Below, one piece after another: positions 22,542 through 30,362 of a stretch of 32,030 bases of DNA (its first letter is position 1; each line of letters opens with the position of its first letter). The notes under the pieces were generated by a model. It did no database searches and was not told where the DNA came from. It saw only the letters and a list, made by a program, of their open reading frames with translations. The translations under genes and the position numbers were made by a program. Source of the DNA: Candidatus Spechtbacterales bacterium (GTDB lineage: Bacteria > Patescibacteriota > Minisyncoccia > Spechtbacterales > HO2-43-30); the NCBI GenBank assembly GCA_049274815.1, contig JBASTI010000018.1, positions 1 to 32,030 on the forward strand, read 5' to 3'.

Positions 22542-24374
22542 ATGGCACTTCTTGAGGTAAAAGGACTGCGCACTTGTTTTCGCGTAAGAAATGGGATGCC
22601 TCTTGATGTGGTCAGGGGCGTTGATCTATCCGTGAACGAAGGAGAAATAGTCGGTCTTGTGGGCGAGAGTGGGAGCGGCAAAACAATAACCGCGCTTTCA
22701 ATTACCCGTCTCCTTCCCTTCTCGGCATATGTAAGGTCGGGCCGGATATTATATGAAGGCAAGGATTTGCTCAAGCTGTCAAAAGATGAAATGGCTCGTA
22801 TCCGCGGATCAAAAATAGCGATGATTTTTCAGGAACCGGATTTAAATCCAATAATGACTGTAGAAAGCCAGCTTAGAGAGGTCATGCCAAGAGCAACGCG
22901 CCGCGGCATGACGGAGCTCTTGGAGAGAGTTGGCATTCATGATCCCCAACAGCGCTTGAAGGGGTATCCATTTGAGTTTAGCGGCGGCATGAAACAGAGG
23001 GTTATGATTGCGATGATGGCGCTTGCAAGAGCTCCAAAACTTCTTATTGCGGATGAGCCAACAACCGCTCTTGATGTGACAGTACAGGCGCAGATTCTTG
23101 ATCTGCTTGAAAAGATAGTTCGCGAAAATAACATGGGCATGCTCTTGATAACTCATAATCTTGCGCTGGTTGCAGAGCATGCTGACCGAGTCGTTGTAAT
23201 GCGTGATGGCGAGATTGTGGAGAGCGACCGGTGCGGGGATTTTTTTAAAAATCCGAAGCACCCTTATTCCAGAGCTCTCCTTGAAGCGGTGCCGCGTATT
23301 GACGAGTACAGGAGTCATGCCACGCTCCCTAAAGAAAACGCGCAGACAGTGCTTGAACTGGAAAGGTTTTCCGTTGGCTTCCCTATACATAAGGGGCTAG
23401 GTGTTTTTAGGAAGCAAGTCGGCAGTGTTCATGCCGTGGACGGAGTTGATGTGTCTGTGCGCGAGGGTGAAACGCTTGGGATAATTGGCGAGAGTGGCTG
23501 CGGCAAGACCACGCTTTGTCGCGCTATACTGCGCCTTATTCCGAAGGATGATATAGAACGCGAAGGCAGAATCATGGTTTATGACAACAACGCCCCAGTT
23601 GATATATATAGCATTCCCAAGAAATCACTCAACAGATTGAGAGAAAGGGTGCAGGTTGTTTTTCAGGAAGCGCAGGATGCGTTAAATCCAAGAAGGTCCA
23701 CGGGAGATCTTGTTGTTGAAGGGCTCCTAATTCATAACAAGATGCGCGCATCGGAACGCGACAGCAAAGCGAAAGAACTTTTTGAACTTGTGGGCCTTGA
23801 TCCGGAGGCAATAGATCGGTTTCCTTCACAGTTTTCAAGCGGTCAGCGACAGAGAATTACGATAGCGCGGGCATTGGCACTTCAGCCGAAGATTCTGATT
23901 CTAGATGAGCCGGTTGCTTCGCTGGATGTTTTAGTGCAAAAGGAAGTCGTTGATCTGCTTCTTAGACTCAAGGAAAAATTCGGCTTAACATATATAATCG
24001 TTTCCCATGACCTCGCGCTTATAAAAGATATAGCCCAGAGGATAGCAGTGATGTATCTTGGCAAGATTGTAGAAATTGCTCCCTCCCAAGAGCTTACAGG
24101 TAATCCGCTCCATCCGTATACCCGCGCGCTTATATCCGCAGTGCCGATACCGGATCCGGTAAAAGCGAGAAGCCGCAGGAGAATAATATTAGAAGGCGAG
24201 ATTCCTTCTCCCTCCAACATTCCCACCGGGTGCAGATTTCGTACACGCTGTCCGTATGCAAAAGATTTATGCGCGCGCGAGCAGCCGGAATTTCGCGAGG
24301 TAATCCCCGGCCACTTCGTGGCTTGCCATTACGCGGAAGAGATAGACGAAATATTTAAACAACGCTCCGACTAG
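22542..24374 (+). CDS. Fused double ATP-binding subunit of the peptide ABC transporter (OppD-OppF/DppD-DppF fusion)
   Basis: 610 aa. Half 1 has GESGSGKT, FSGGMKQR and LLIADEPTTALD. Half 2 has GESGCGKT, FSSGQRQR and ILILDEPVASLD. Each half ends in an oligopeptide-transporter C-terminal motif (HPYSRALL / HPYTRALI). Confidence 0.9.
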   Translation: MALLEVKGLRTCFRVRNGMPLDVVRGVDLSVNEGEIVGLVGESGSGKTITALSITRLLPFSAYVRSGRILYEGKDLLKLSKDEMARIRGSKIAMIFQEPDLNPIMTVESQLREVMPRATRRGMTELLERVGIHDPQQRLKGYPFEFSGGMKQRVMIAMMALARAPKLLIADEPTTALDVTVQAQILDLLEKIVRENNMGMLLITHNLALVAEHADRVVVMRDGEIVESDRCGDFFKNPKHPYSRALLEAVPRIDEYRSHATLPKENAQTVLELERFSVGFPIHKGLGVFRKQVGSVHAVDGVDVSVREGETLGIIGESGCGKTTLCRAILRLIPKDDIEREGRIMVYDNNAPVDIYSIPKKSLNRLRERVQVVFQEAQDALNPRRSTGDLVVEGLLIHNKMRASERDSKAKELFELVGLDPEAIDRFPSQFSSGQRQRITIARALALQPKILILDEPVASLDVLVQKEVVDLLLRLKEKFGLTYIIVSHDLALIKDIAQRIAVMYLGKIVEIAPSQELTGNPLHPYTRALISAVPIPDPVKARSRRRIILEGEIPSPSNIPTGCRFRTRCPYAKDLCAREQPEFREVIPGHFVACHYAEEIDEIFKQRSD

Positions 24375-24392
24375 ATTCGGAGCATTTTTTAT
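24364..24392 (+). terminator. Intrinsic terminator after the ABC ATPase gene
   Basis: gctccga (24364-24370) pairs with tcggagc (24377-24383). The loop contains the stop codon. Followed by ATTTTTTATT. Confidence 0.65.
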
Positions 24393-24409
24393 TGTATTAT
24401 AAAGTCATT

Positions 24410-24979
24410 ATGATAGCGTATCTTGAGGGTAAAATTAAATATATAGGAGATAATTTTGTAGAAGTTTTTAACGGAAACATCTCTTACAAGATTTTTTGCA
24501 CCGCAAAAACGTTGGCAACGTACGCCGCCGGCCAAGAGGCCGAAATTTTTACGCATCTTCATGTGCGTGAAGATCTGCTTAATCTATATGGTTTTAAAAG
24601 CCGCGAGGAACGGGATTTTTTTGAACAGCTCATCGGCATTTCGGGCATCGGGCCAAAAGGCGCTATGGGCGTGCTTTCTGCCGGGCCGCTTGATTTGCTT
24701 AAAAAAGGCATTGCTTCGGGGGACACTTCGATATTGACTCGCGTATCAGGAATAGGGCAAAAGACCGCCCAGAGGATAATTATGGAGCTAAAAGATAAGG
24801 TGGGGGGTTTTGGGATGGGAGAAGGGGACAGCTTACGCGAGGGCGGTGATGTCATAGAAGCTCTTACCGGCCTTGGCTACACTCGTTATCAAGCCCAGCA
24901 GGCCCTTCGCGAAATACCCGAGAATATCTCCGGCGTGGAAAACAAAGTGAAGGAGGCATTGAAGCTACTCAGCAAATGA
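24410..24979 (+). CDS. ruvA: Holliday junction branch-migration complex subunit RuvA
   Basis: Start moved from TTG 24392 to ATG 24410, giving the canonical MIAYLEGKI N-terminus. HhH motifs are ISGIGPKGAMGVL and VSGIGQKTAQRII. C-terminal domain III is GYTRYQAQQALREI. Confidence 0.9.
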   Translation: MIAYLEGKIKYIGDNFVEVFNGNISYKIFCTAKTLATYAAGQEAEIFTHLHVREDLLNLYGFKSREERDFFEQLIGISGIGPKGAMGVLSAGPLDLLKKGIASGDTSILTRVSGIGQKTAQRIIMELKDKVGGFGMGEGDSLREGGDVIEALTGLGYTRYQAQQALREIPENISGVENKVKEALKLLSK

Positions 24980-25836
24980 CGGGGCATTTTTTGCAATCAA
25001 AAGAATGGGAAGAACTCCAGAAACGACTAGGGAGGAGAGTTTTTCCCGTGGGCGAAGCGTTGATTACAAAGCTACCATTGGTTTTCGGAAAAAGTTGTTT
25101 TTATTGTGGCGGGTGTTTAACATTAAATGTTAAGCAGGTGATTGGTTTGGCAAAAAGTGAAAACGCTGTTTTTTTAAAACTTGAGCCGATGGTAGAAGAT
25201 CGGGAAGTTGCGAAAGAATTGTCAAAAGCAGGGTTTATAAGATCTACGAAAGAAGTTCAGCCGCAAAGGACGATTGTTTTGGATATAACAAAGCCAGAGG
25301 AGGAGTTGCTTGCGCAAATGCATGAAAAGACGAGATATAATGTAAGGCTTGCGAGCCGAATGCCAAATGTCAAATTCCAAATGTCAGATGCGGTTGATGG
25401 GTTTTGGGAACTGGTCCAAAAAACGGCACAGCGAGACAGGTTCAGTACTCATACAAAGGAATATTACAAAAAATTGCTTGAGTTGAATTTTGTTAAATTA
25501 TTCATTGTCCAGTACGGAGAAAGGATTATCGCCGCGAATATAGTATTATTTTATGGGGAATGTGCCGTATATCTCCATGGCGCGTCAGACTACAAACACA
25601 GAAATCTAATGGCGCCGTATCTTTTGCATTGGGAGACAATAAAATACGCTAAAGAACAAGGGTATAAAAAGTATGATTTATGGGGGGTCGATGAAAAAAA
25701 GTGGCCGGGAGTTACCCGGTTTAAAAAGGGGTTTAGGGGAAGGGGAGTAGAATATGTTGGCTCGTACGATTATATTTTTCAACCGTTTTGGTATAAGCTT
25801 TACAATTTAAGAGGCGCTGTTAAGCGAATTTTTTAA
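24976..25836 (+). CDS. FemAB-family peptidoglycan interpeptide-bridge aminoacyltransferase-like protein
   Basis: 286 aa, ATGA overlap with ruvA. FLQSKEWEELQKRLG, TRYNVRLA, IAANIVLFYGECAVYLHGASDYKHRNLMAPYLLHWETIKYAKEQGYKKYDLWGV and GVTRFKKGF resemble the FemA/FemX/MurM family. Confidence 0.7.
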   Translation: MTGHFLQSKEWEELQKRLGRRVFPVGEALITKLPLVFGKSCFYCGGCLTLNVKQVIGLAKSENAVFLKLEPMVEDREVAKELSKAGFIRSTKEVQPQRTIVLDITKPEEELLAQMHEKTRYNVRLASRMPNVKFQMSDAVDGFWELVQKTAQRDRFSTHTKEYYKKLLELNFVKLFIVQYGERIIAANIVLFYGECAVYLHGASDYKHRNLMAPYLLHWETIKYAKEQGYKKYDLWGVDEKKWPGVTRFKKGFRGRGVEYVGSYDYIFQPFWYKLYNLRGAVKRIF

Positions 25837-25837
25837 C

Positions 25838-26740
25838 ATGTGGCTAATATTAGCACTTGCGGCATATATTTTTTTTGCCGCGGCAACTATCACAGATAAA
25901 TATCTGCTTGCGCGGCCCTTCCCAGACGCGCGCGTATATATTTTTTATACGGGCATTTTGGGGATTTTTGTTCTGCTCCTTGCTCCATTTGGCCTCGAGG
26001 CCCCAAGCTATTTGGTTGTTTTTGTCGGGATCCTCGCGGGCATAGTAAACAGCGCCGCTTTATTTTTGTTTTTTCTTGTGCTAAAAGTTGGCGAAGTATC
26101 TCGAATCGGGATTTCGCTTGGGGGGCTTGTTCCGTTTTTTACTCTACTTTTTATATATGCATGGACCGGGGAACTCCCAAGCGCCCTTCAGTTCATGGCA
26201 TTTGCGAGTCTTGTCGCCGGGAGCTTTGTGGTTATTTTCGAAAGATTTATTAATCTTGTGCATAACCTTAAAAGATTTGCGATGATCCTTGCGTCATCTT
26301 TTTTATTTGGGCTATATTTCGCTGTGGCAAAGTTTTTATTTTTGGAGCAATCTTTTATAAGCGCGATTGTCTGGATAAAAATTGGAGCCACACTTTTCGC
26401 TCTTTTTTTCTTGCTCTTTCCGTCTGTCAGGAAAACGATTTTTGAACATAGGAAAACGCTTTCTAAAAATGCCGGGTTGATACTTATTTCAAAAAATGCT
26501 GCCGGCGGACTGGGAGCATTTTTTCAGCACGTAGCGATATCGCTAGCCCGGGTTTCCGAGGTTTCGCTTGTTAACGCCCTGCAGGGCGTGCAATTTGCTC
26601 TTGTATTTTTTGCGGCGTTATTTTTAACCAAAAAGTTCCCAGGGATTATAAGGGAGGAGGTGCGTGGCGAAGCGTTGGCTGTTAAGTTTTTGGGAACAGG
26701 ATTGATTGTTAGCGGGGTCGTGATTTTGGCTATTAGCTAA
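25838..26740 (+). CDS. DMT-superfamily (EamA-like) polytopic membrane protein
   Basis: 300 aa with about 10 predicted TM helices in two similar halves. Starts 1 nt after the FemAB-like stop. Family assignment rests on topology and composition only. Confidence 0.5.
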   Translation: MWLILALAAYIFFAAATITDKYLLARPFPDARVYIFYTGILGIFVLLLAPFGLEAPSYLVVFVGILAGIVNSAALFLFFLVLKVGEVSRIGISLGGLVPFFTLLFIYAWTGELPSALQFMAFASLVAGSFVVIFERFINLVHNLKRFAMILASSFLFGLYFAVAKFLFLEQSFISAIVWIKIGATLFALFFLLFPSVRKTIFEHRKTLSKNAGLILISKNAAGGLGAFFQHVAISLARVSEVSLVNALQGVQFALVFFAALFLTKKFPGIIREEVRGEALAVKFLGTGLIVSGVVILAIS

Positions 26741-26749
26741 TAAGATAAA

Positions 26750-27754
26750 ATGATAATAAAACTTTTTAAACTTTGCGTAATATCCATCACCCTGTTCGCG
26801 ATCGGAATTGTAGTAATTTTTGCCCTTTTCCCAGGCGAGTCTCCCAAAGATACAAAATTCGGCGTTACATTCTCAAGGCAACAAGCCGAGGGACTTGGAC
26901 TTGACTGGCAAAAAACATATACAGATATTCTGGATGATTTGGGCGTAAAGTATGTGCGTCTCTCGGCTTATTGGACGGATATTGAATCAAAACAGGGAGA
27001 GTTTAACTTCGAAATTCTTGATTGGCAGATACGGGAAGCAAAGAAAAGAGACGCAAAAGTTTTGCTTGCAATAGGCCGCAAGCTTCCCCGTTGGCCGGAG
27101 TGTCATATGCCAGAATGGGCGTCTGGGCTTGGCCGTAACGAGCAGAATGAAGCAGTGCTTGATATGCTGGGGCAGGTTATCGCGCGCTATAAAAACGAAA
27201 GCGCTATTTGGGCGTGGCAGGTGGAGAACGAGCCGCTGTTCCCGTTTGGAATTTGTCCACGTCAGGATAGGGAGTTTTTTGAAGAAGAAGTTTTGTTTCT
27301 AAGATCGTTGGACTCGTCGCGTCCTATTGTCACAACAGACAGCGGGGAGTTAAGTTTTTGGCTGGCAGTCGGTTCTCAAGGAGATATATTCGGGACAACG
27401 ATGTATAAAATTGTGCCATGGAGGCTGGTCGGCTTCATAAGCTACGACTTTCTTCCCCCGGCTTTTTATCGCAAGAAAACGGCCATACTCAAAAAACTTT
27501 TACCAAATTTAGACGATGTAATAGTCGTAGAGTTGCAGGCAGAGCCCTGGACGGCCGGTATGCCCATAAATACAGATACTTTAGACAGGCAATTTAGCAG
27601 ATTCGGCATAGAGCGTTTTCAAAAACATATCAAGTACGCCAAAAGTGTCGGTTATTCCCAAACCTATCTTTGGGGCGTAGAATGGTGGGTATGGCTCAAA
27701 GAAGAGGCGGGACACCCGGAGTTTTGGGAGGAGGCGAAGAGATTATTTAAATAA
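26750..27754 (+). CDS. Membrane-anchored clan GH-A (GH42/GH5-like TIM-barrel) glycoside hydrolase-like protein
   Basis: 334 aa. N-terminal TM helix. LGVKYVRLSAYWTDIESKQGEFNFEILDWQIREAKKRDAKVLLAIGRKLPRWPECHMPEW and WQVENEP (the NEP acid/base motif of clan GH-A). Confidence 0.5.
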   Translation: MIIKLFKLCVISITLFAIGIVVIFALFPGESPKDTKFGVTFSRQQAEGLGLDWQKTYTDILDDLGVKYVRLSAYWTDIESKQGEFNFEILDWQIREAKKRDAKVLLAIGRKLPRWPECHMPEWASGLGRNEQNEAVLDMLGQVIARYKNESAIWAWQVENEPLFPFGICPRQDREFFEEEVLFLRSLDSSRPIVTTDSGELSFWLAVGSQGDIFGTTMYKIVPWRLVGFISYDFLPPAFYRKKTAILKKLLPNLDDVIVVELQAEPWTAGMPINTDTLDRQFSRFGIERFQKHIKYAKSVGYSQTYLWGVEWWVWLKEEAGHPEFWEEAKRLFK

Positions 27755-27771
27755 TTTTAGCATTTTAGGAC

Positions 27772-28974
27772 ATGAAAGATATGATAAAAAAGCTAGTGCC
27801 GGAGGGGCTCGTTGGTTTCTATCACCAATTCTGGCCGCTTTTCGGTGCGGTGATTTATCGTTTTCCTGCCTATTCGGCAGGCAGGCCGTCCAAAAAAATA
27901 AAAGTTATTGGGGTAACCGGGACGAATGGGAAGACCACGGTAGTGCATTTGGCTACTGAAATATTAGAGAAAGCCGGCCATAGGGTCGCTTCTATCTCGT
28001 CGCTTAGGTTTAAGATAGGGAAGAAAGAGTGGAAGAACGAGCTTAAGATGACAATGCCCGGACGCATTAAGATACAAAAGTTTTTGCGTCAAGCGGTAAA
28101 CGCGGGGTGCGAGTATGTTGTGATGGAAGTGACTTCAGAGGGCATTAAACAATATAGGCATAAATTTATAGATTTTGATGTCGCGGTGTTTACGAATTTA
28201 ACGCCCGAACACCTAGAGCGGCATGGCGGTTTTGAAAATTACAAAAAAGCAAAGGGCGAGTTGTTCAGGGCGGCAGGGGCTTGCGTGATAAACTCGGATG
28301 ACGCAAACGCAATATATTTCTCAAATCTTTGCAAGGGCAAAAAATATGGATATAGCGCAAGGTCCAATAATATGGACCTCAAGCTATCTATGCCGGGCGA
28401 GTTTAACCTGGCGAACGCCTTGGCTGCGGCTTATGTGGGACTGTCGCAGGGGGTAGATATCGCAATCATCAAAAGGGCGTTAGAGAAGTTCGAAGGAGTG
28501 CCCGGGAGAATGGAGGTTGTTGTCAAAGAGCCGTTTACGGTTATTGTGGACTATGCCCATACCCCAGACGCGCTAGAAAAAGTGTACAAAACGATTAAGG
28601 CCAATGATCGGTTGATATGCGTTCTTGGTGCCGCTGGTGGAGGCAGGGATAAGTGGAAAAGACCGCAAATGGGTAAGATCGCAGCGCGCTATTGCGATGA
28701 GATTATACTTACCAACGAAGATCCATACGAAGAAGATCCGGGTTCCATTTTAGACCAAATTGAATCTGGACTTTTAAAAGTTCAGAATTGTTATAGAATT
28801 CTTGATCGCAAAGAGGCGATAAAAAAAGCCCTGCAGGATGCAAGGCGGGGCGACACTGTAATAATAACTGGCAAGGGCGCGGAGCCATGGCTTGTGACCA
28901 AGGAAGGCAAAATACCATGGGATGACAGGGAGGTGGTCAGATCCCTCAACCCGATGCCTAAGCCACAACTTTGA
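27772..28974 (+). CDS. Mur ligase family protein, MurE-like, with a short N-terminal region
   Basis: 400 aa. P-loop VIGVTGTNGKTT at residue ~46, earlier than I recall for canonical MurE. VMEVTSEGI, VFTNLTPEHLERHG, DYAHTPDALEKV, GAAGGGRDKWKRPQMG. The C-terminal specificity position reads TNEDP. Confidence 0.7.
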   Translation: MKDMIKKLVPEGLVGFYHQFWPLFGAVIYRFPAYSAGRPSKKIKVIGVTGTNGKTTVVHLATEILEKAGHRVASISSLRFKIGKKEWKNELKMTMPGRIKIQKFLRQAVNAGCEYVVMEVTSEGIKQYRHKFIDFDVAVFTNLTPEHLERHGGFENYKKAKGELFRAAGACVINSDDANAIYFSNLCKGKKYGYSARSNNMDLKLSMPGEFNLANALAAAYVGLSQGVDIAIIKRALEKFEGVPGRMEVVVKEPFTVIVDYAHTPDALEKVYKTIKANDRLICVLGAAGGGRDKWKRPQMGKIAARYCDEIILTNEDPYEEDPGSILDQIESGLLKVQNCYRILDRKEAIKKALQDARRGDTVIITGKGAEPWLVTKEGKIPWDDREVVRSLNPMPKPQL

Positions 28975-29647
28975 TTTTTCTCTCCCTCTCTTTTATAAGC
29001 TTCGGGATTCTGATAGTCAGAACACCATCCCTAAGGGATGCCTCGGCTTTGTCGCTGTCCACTTCCGTGGGAAGAATTATAGACCTCGAGAATGTCCCCC
29101 AGTAACATTCCTGATATAGATAATTTTCGCCTTTTACTTTTTCTTCGTTGTGCCTTGACCCCCTTATATTTACAGTACTGTCTTCAATCCCAATATCTAG
29201 CTCGTCAGGCTTCGCGCCCGCTATTGTGGATTTTATAACAATTTCAGAGGGGGTCTCGTACACATCTATGGCGAGCTGACCCTCGGGTATATTAGATTCG
29301 TTTTCCCCCGGTTCCCTTTTTGAGTATATGTTTATTGGGGATTCATTTGTTTTGTATGATTTCGACTCAATTTTTTTCCCTGCGGTCTGAGTTTTGGCAA
29401 GCTGTGCTATTGTGTATGGTCTTTCCTCCTCCTCGGGTTCTGGGGAGGATTCCTCTTCCTCCTCGACATCTAGGGCTTCCCCTACTTCGCTTTCGTTGCC
29501 TTCTTGGTTCTCCTCATTTTTTTCGGCCCCTGCGGATTCGTCAATTTTTTCCTCCGGGGTTTCTTCGTTCGCGGAGTCATCATTGAAAATATCATCCTCC
29601 CCCCCCATCTTAAATGAGCTCGTAAGTTTTTTGAAAAAATTTGGCAT
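28958..29647 (-). CDS. Hsp20/alpha-crystallin small heat-shock protein with a long acidic N-terminal extension
   Basis: 229 aa. The C-terminal ~100 aa is a clear alpha-crystallin domain (LAIDVYETPSEIVIKSTIAGAKPDELDIGIEDSTVNIRGSR..GTFSRSIILPTEVDSDKAEASLRDGVLTIRIPK). The N-terminal ~110 aa is Glu/Asp-rich low complexity. Confidence 0.85.
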   Translation of the reverse strand: MPNFFKKLTSSFKMGGEDDIFNDDSANEETPEEKIDESAGAEKNEENQEGNESEVGEALDVEEEEESSPEPEEEERPYTIAQLAKTQTAGKKIESKSYKTNESPINIYSKREPGENESNIPEGQLAIDVYETPSEIVIKSTIAGAKPDELDIGIEDSTVNIRGSRHNEEKVKGENYLYQECYWGTFSRSIILPTEVDSDKAEASLRDGVLTIRIPKLIKERERKIKVVA

Positions 29648-29648
29648 A

Positions 29649-30362
29649 TTATTTTATTTTAGTTGTAGATTTAATTTTTGAAAGATTTGTGAAAAACATA
29701 GAGATTAGCACAGCCGCAGAGATTAGCATCAGTGCCACAACAAATATAAAATAAAATTGATCCTCCATGTATATTATAAGTATATTATAAAACCCATGCA
29801 ATAGTATGGCAAGCGTAAAACCTGGGATAAGTGCCGAAAACTTTTTTGACGACCTGAACAAAGATATGGCGAGATAATACCCGATTATTGCCGAGGCAAG
29901 AGCGTGCAAGAGTGTGGCCCCCACAAATCTAGAGAAAGCTATTCCAAGGGTATCAAGGAAGTTTTTGTCAAATAGCGGGGCCAAAAGGAAAATATTTTCT
30001 ATCGCGGCAAAGCCGAGTGCCGCAATGATCATATATATCATAGCGTCCGTTGGCTCATCAAGCTGGTTTGTCCTTTTGATAACTCTGAAATATACAACGA
30101 GATACTTAAGAATCTCTTCAGTAGCGGCAACGCCCGCGAAATACAATATAAATATGTATGGCAAGCGGGGCAGAGAAATCGCGCGAAGAGCTTCTATCGT
30201 CGTGTTTTCAATAAGTATCGCGGGAAAAGCGATAAGCATGCCCCAGATAAACACGCTTATTACCATTGTTTTGGGTTCGGGGTGCTTGTCTTTGTGAAGA
30301 TACCAAAGAAGCCAGATGAGACTGGGGATAAGAGCAAGGGGAATGTAGATTAGGTACTGCAT
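29649..30362 (-). CDS. PrsW-family intramembrane protease-like protein
   Basis: 237 aa, about 7 TM helices. Conserved-looking ATEEILKY (EExxK), FAAIENI and LLHALASA..LLHGFYN motifs. Starts directly after the valS stop and ends 1 nt before the hsp20 start. Confidence 0.7.
   Translation of the reverse strand: MQYLIYIPLALIPSLIWLLWYLHKDKHPEPKTMVISVFIWGMLIAFPAILIENTTIEALRAISLPRLPYIFILYFAGVAATEEILKYLVVYFRVIKRTNQLDEPTDAMIYMIIAALGFAAIENIFLLAPLFDKNFLDTLGIAFSRFVGATLLHALASAIIGYYLAISLFRSSKKFSALIPGFTLAILLHGFYNILIIYMEDQFYFIFVVALMLISAAVLISMFFTNLSKIKSTTKIK

Noticed and set aside
24392-24409. TTG-initiated six-codon extension of ruvA (MYYKVI).
   Set aside because: It sits in the T-tract of the upstream terminator. 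ATG 24410 yields the canonical RuvA N-terminus MIAYLEGKI.
13354-24410. Idea that uvrB-to-ruvA (exported orphans plus peptide transporter) is a horizontally acquired genomic island.
   Set aside because: There is no integrase, transposase or tRNA at either edge. The only shared flank sequence is a 7-nt tattgta. Spot GC counts vary as much within the rest of the window (33% to about 70% per 60 nt) as between regions. It would need genome-wide compositional and synteny analysis.
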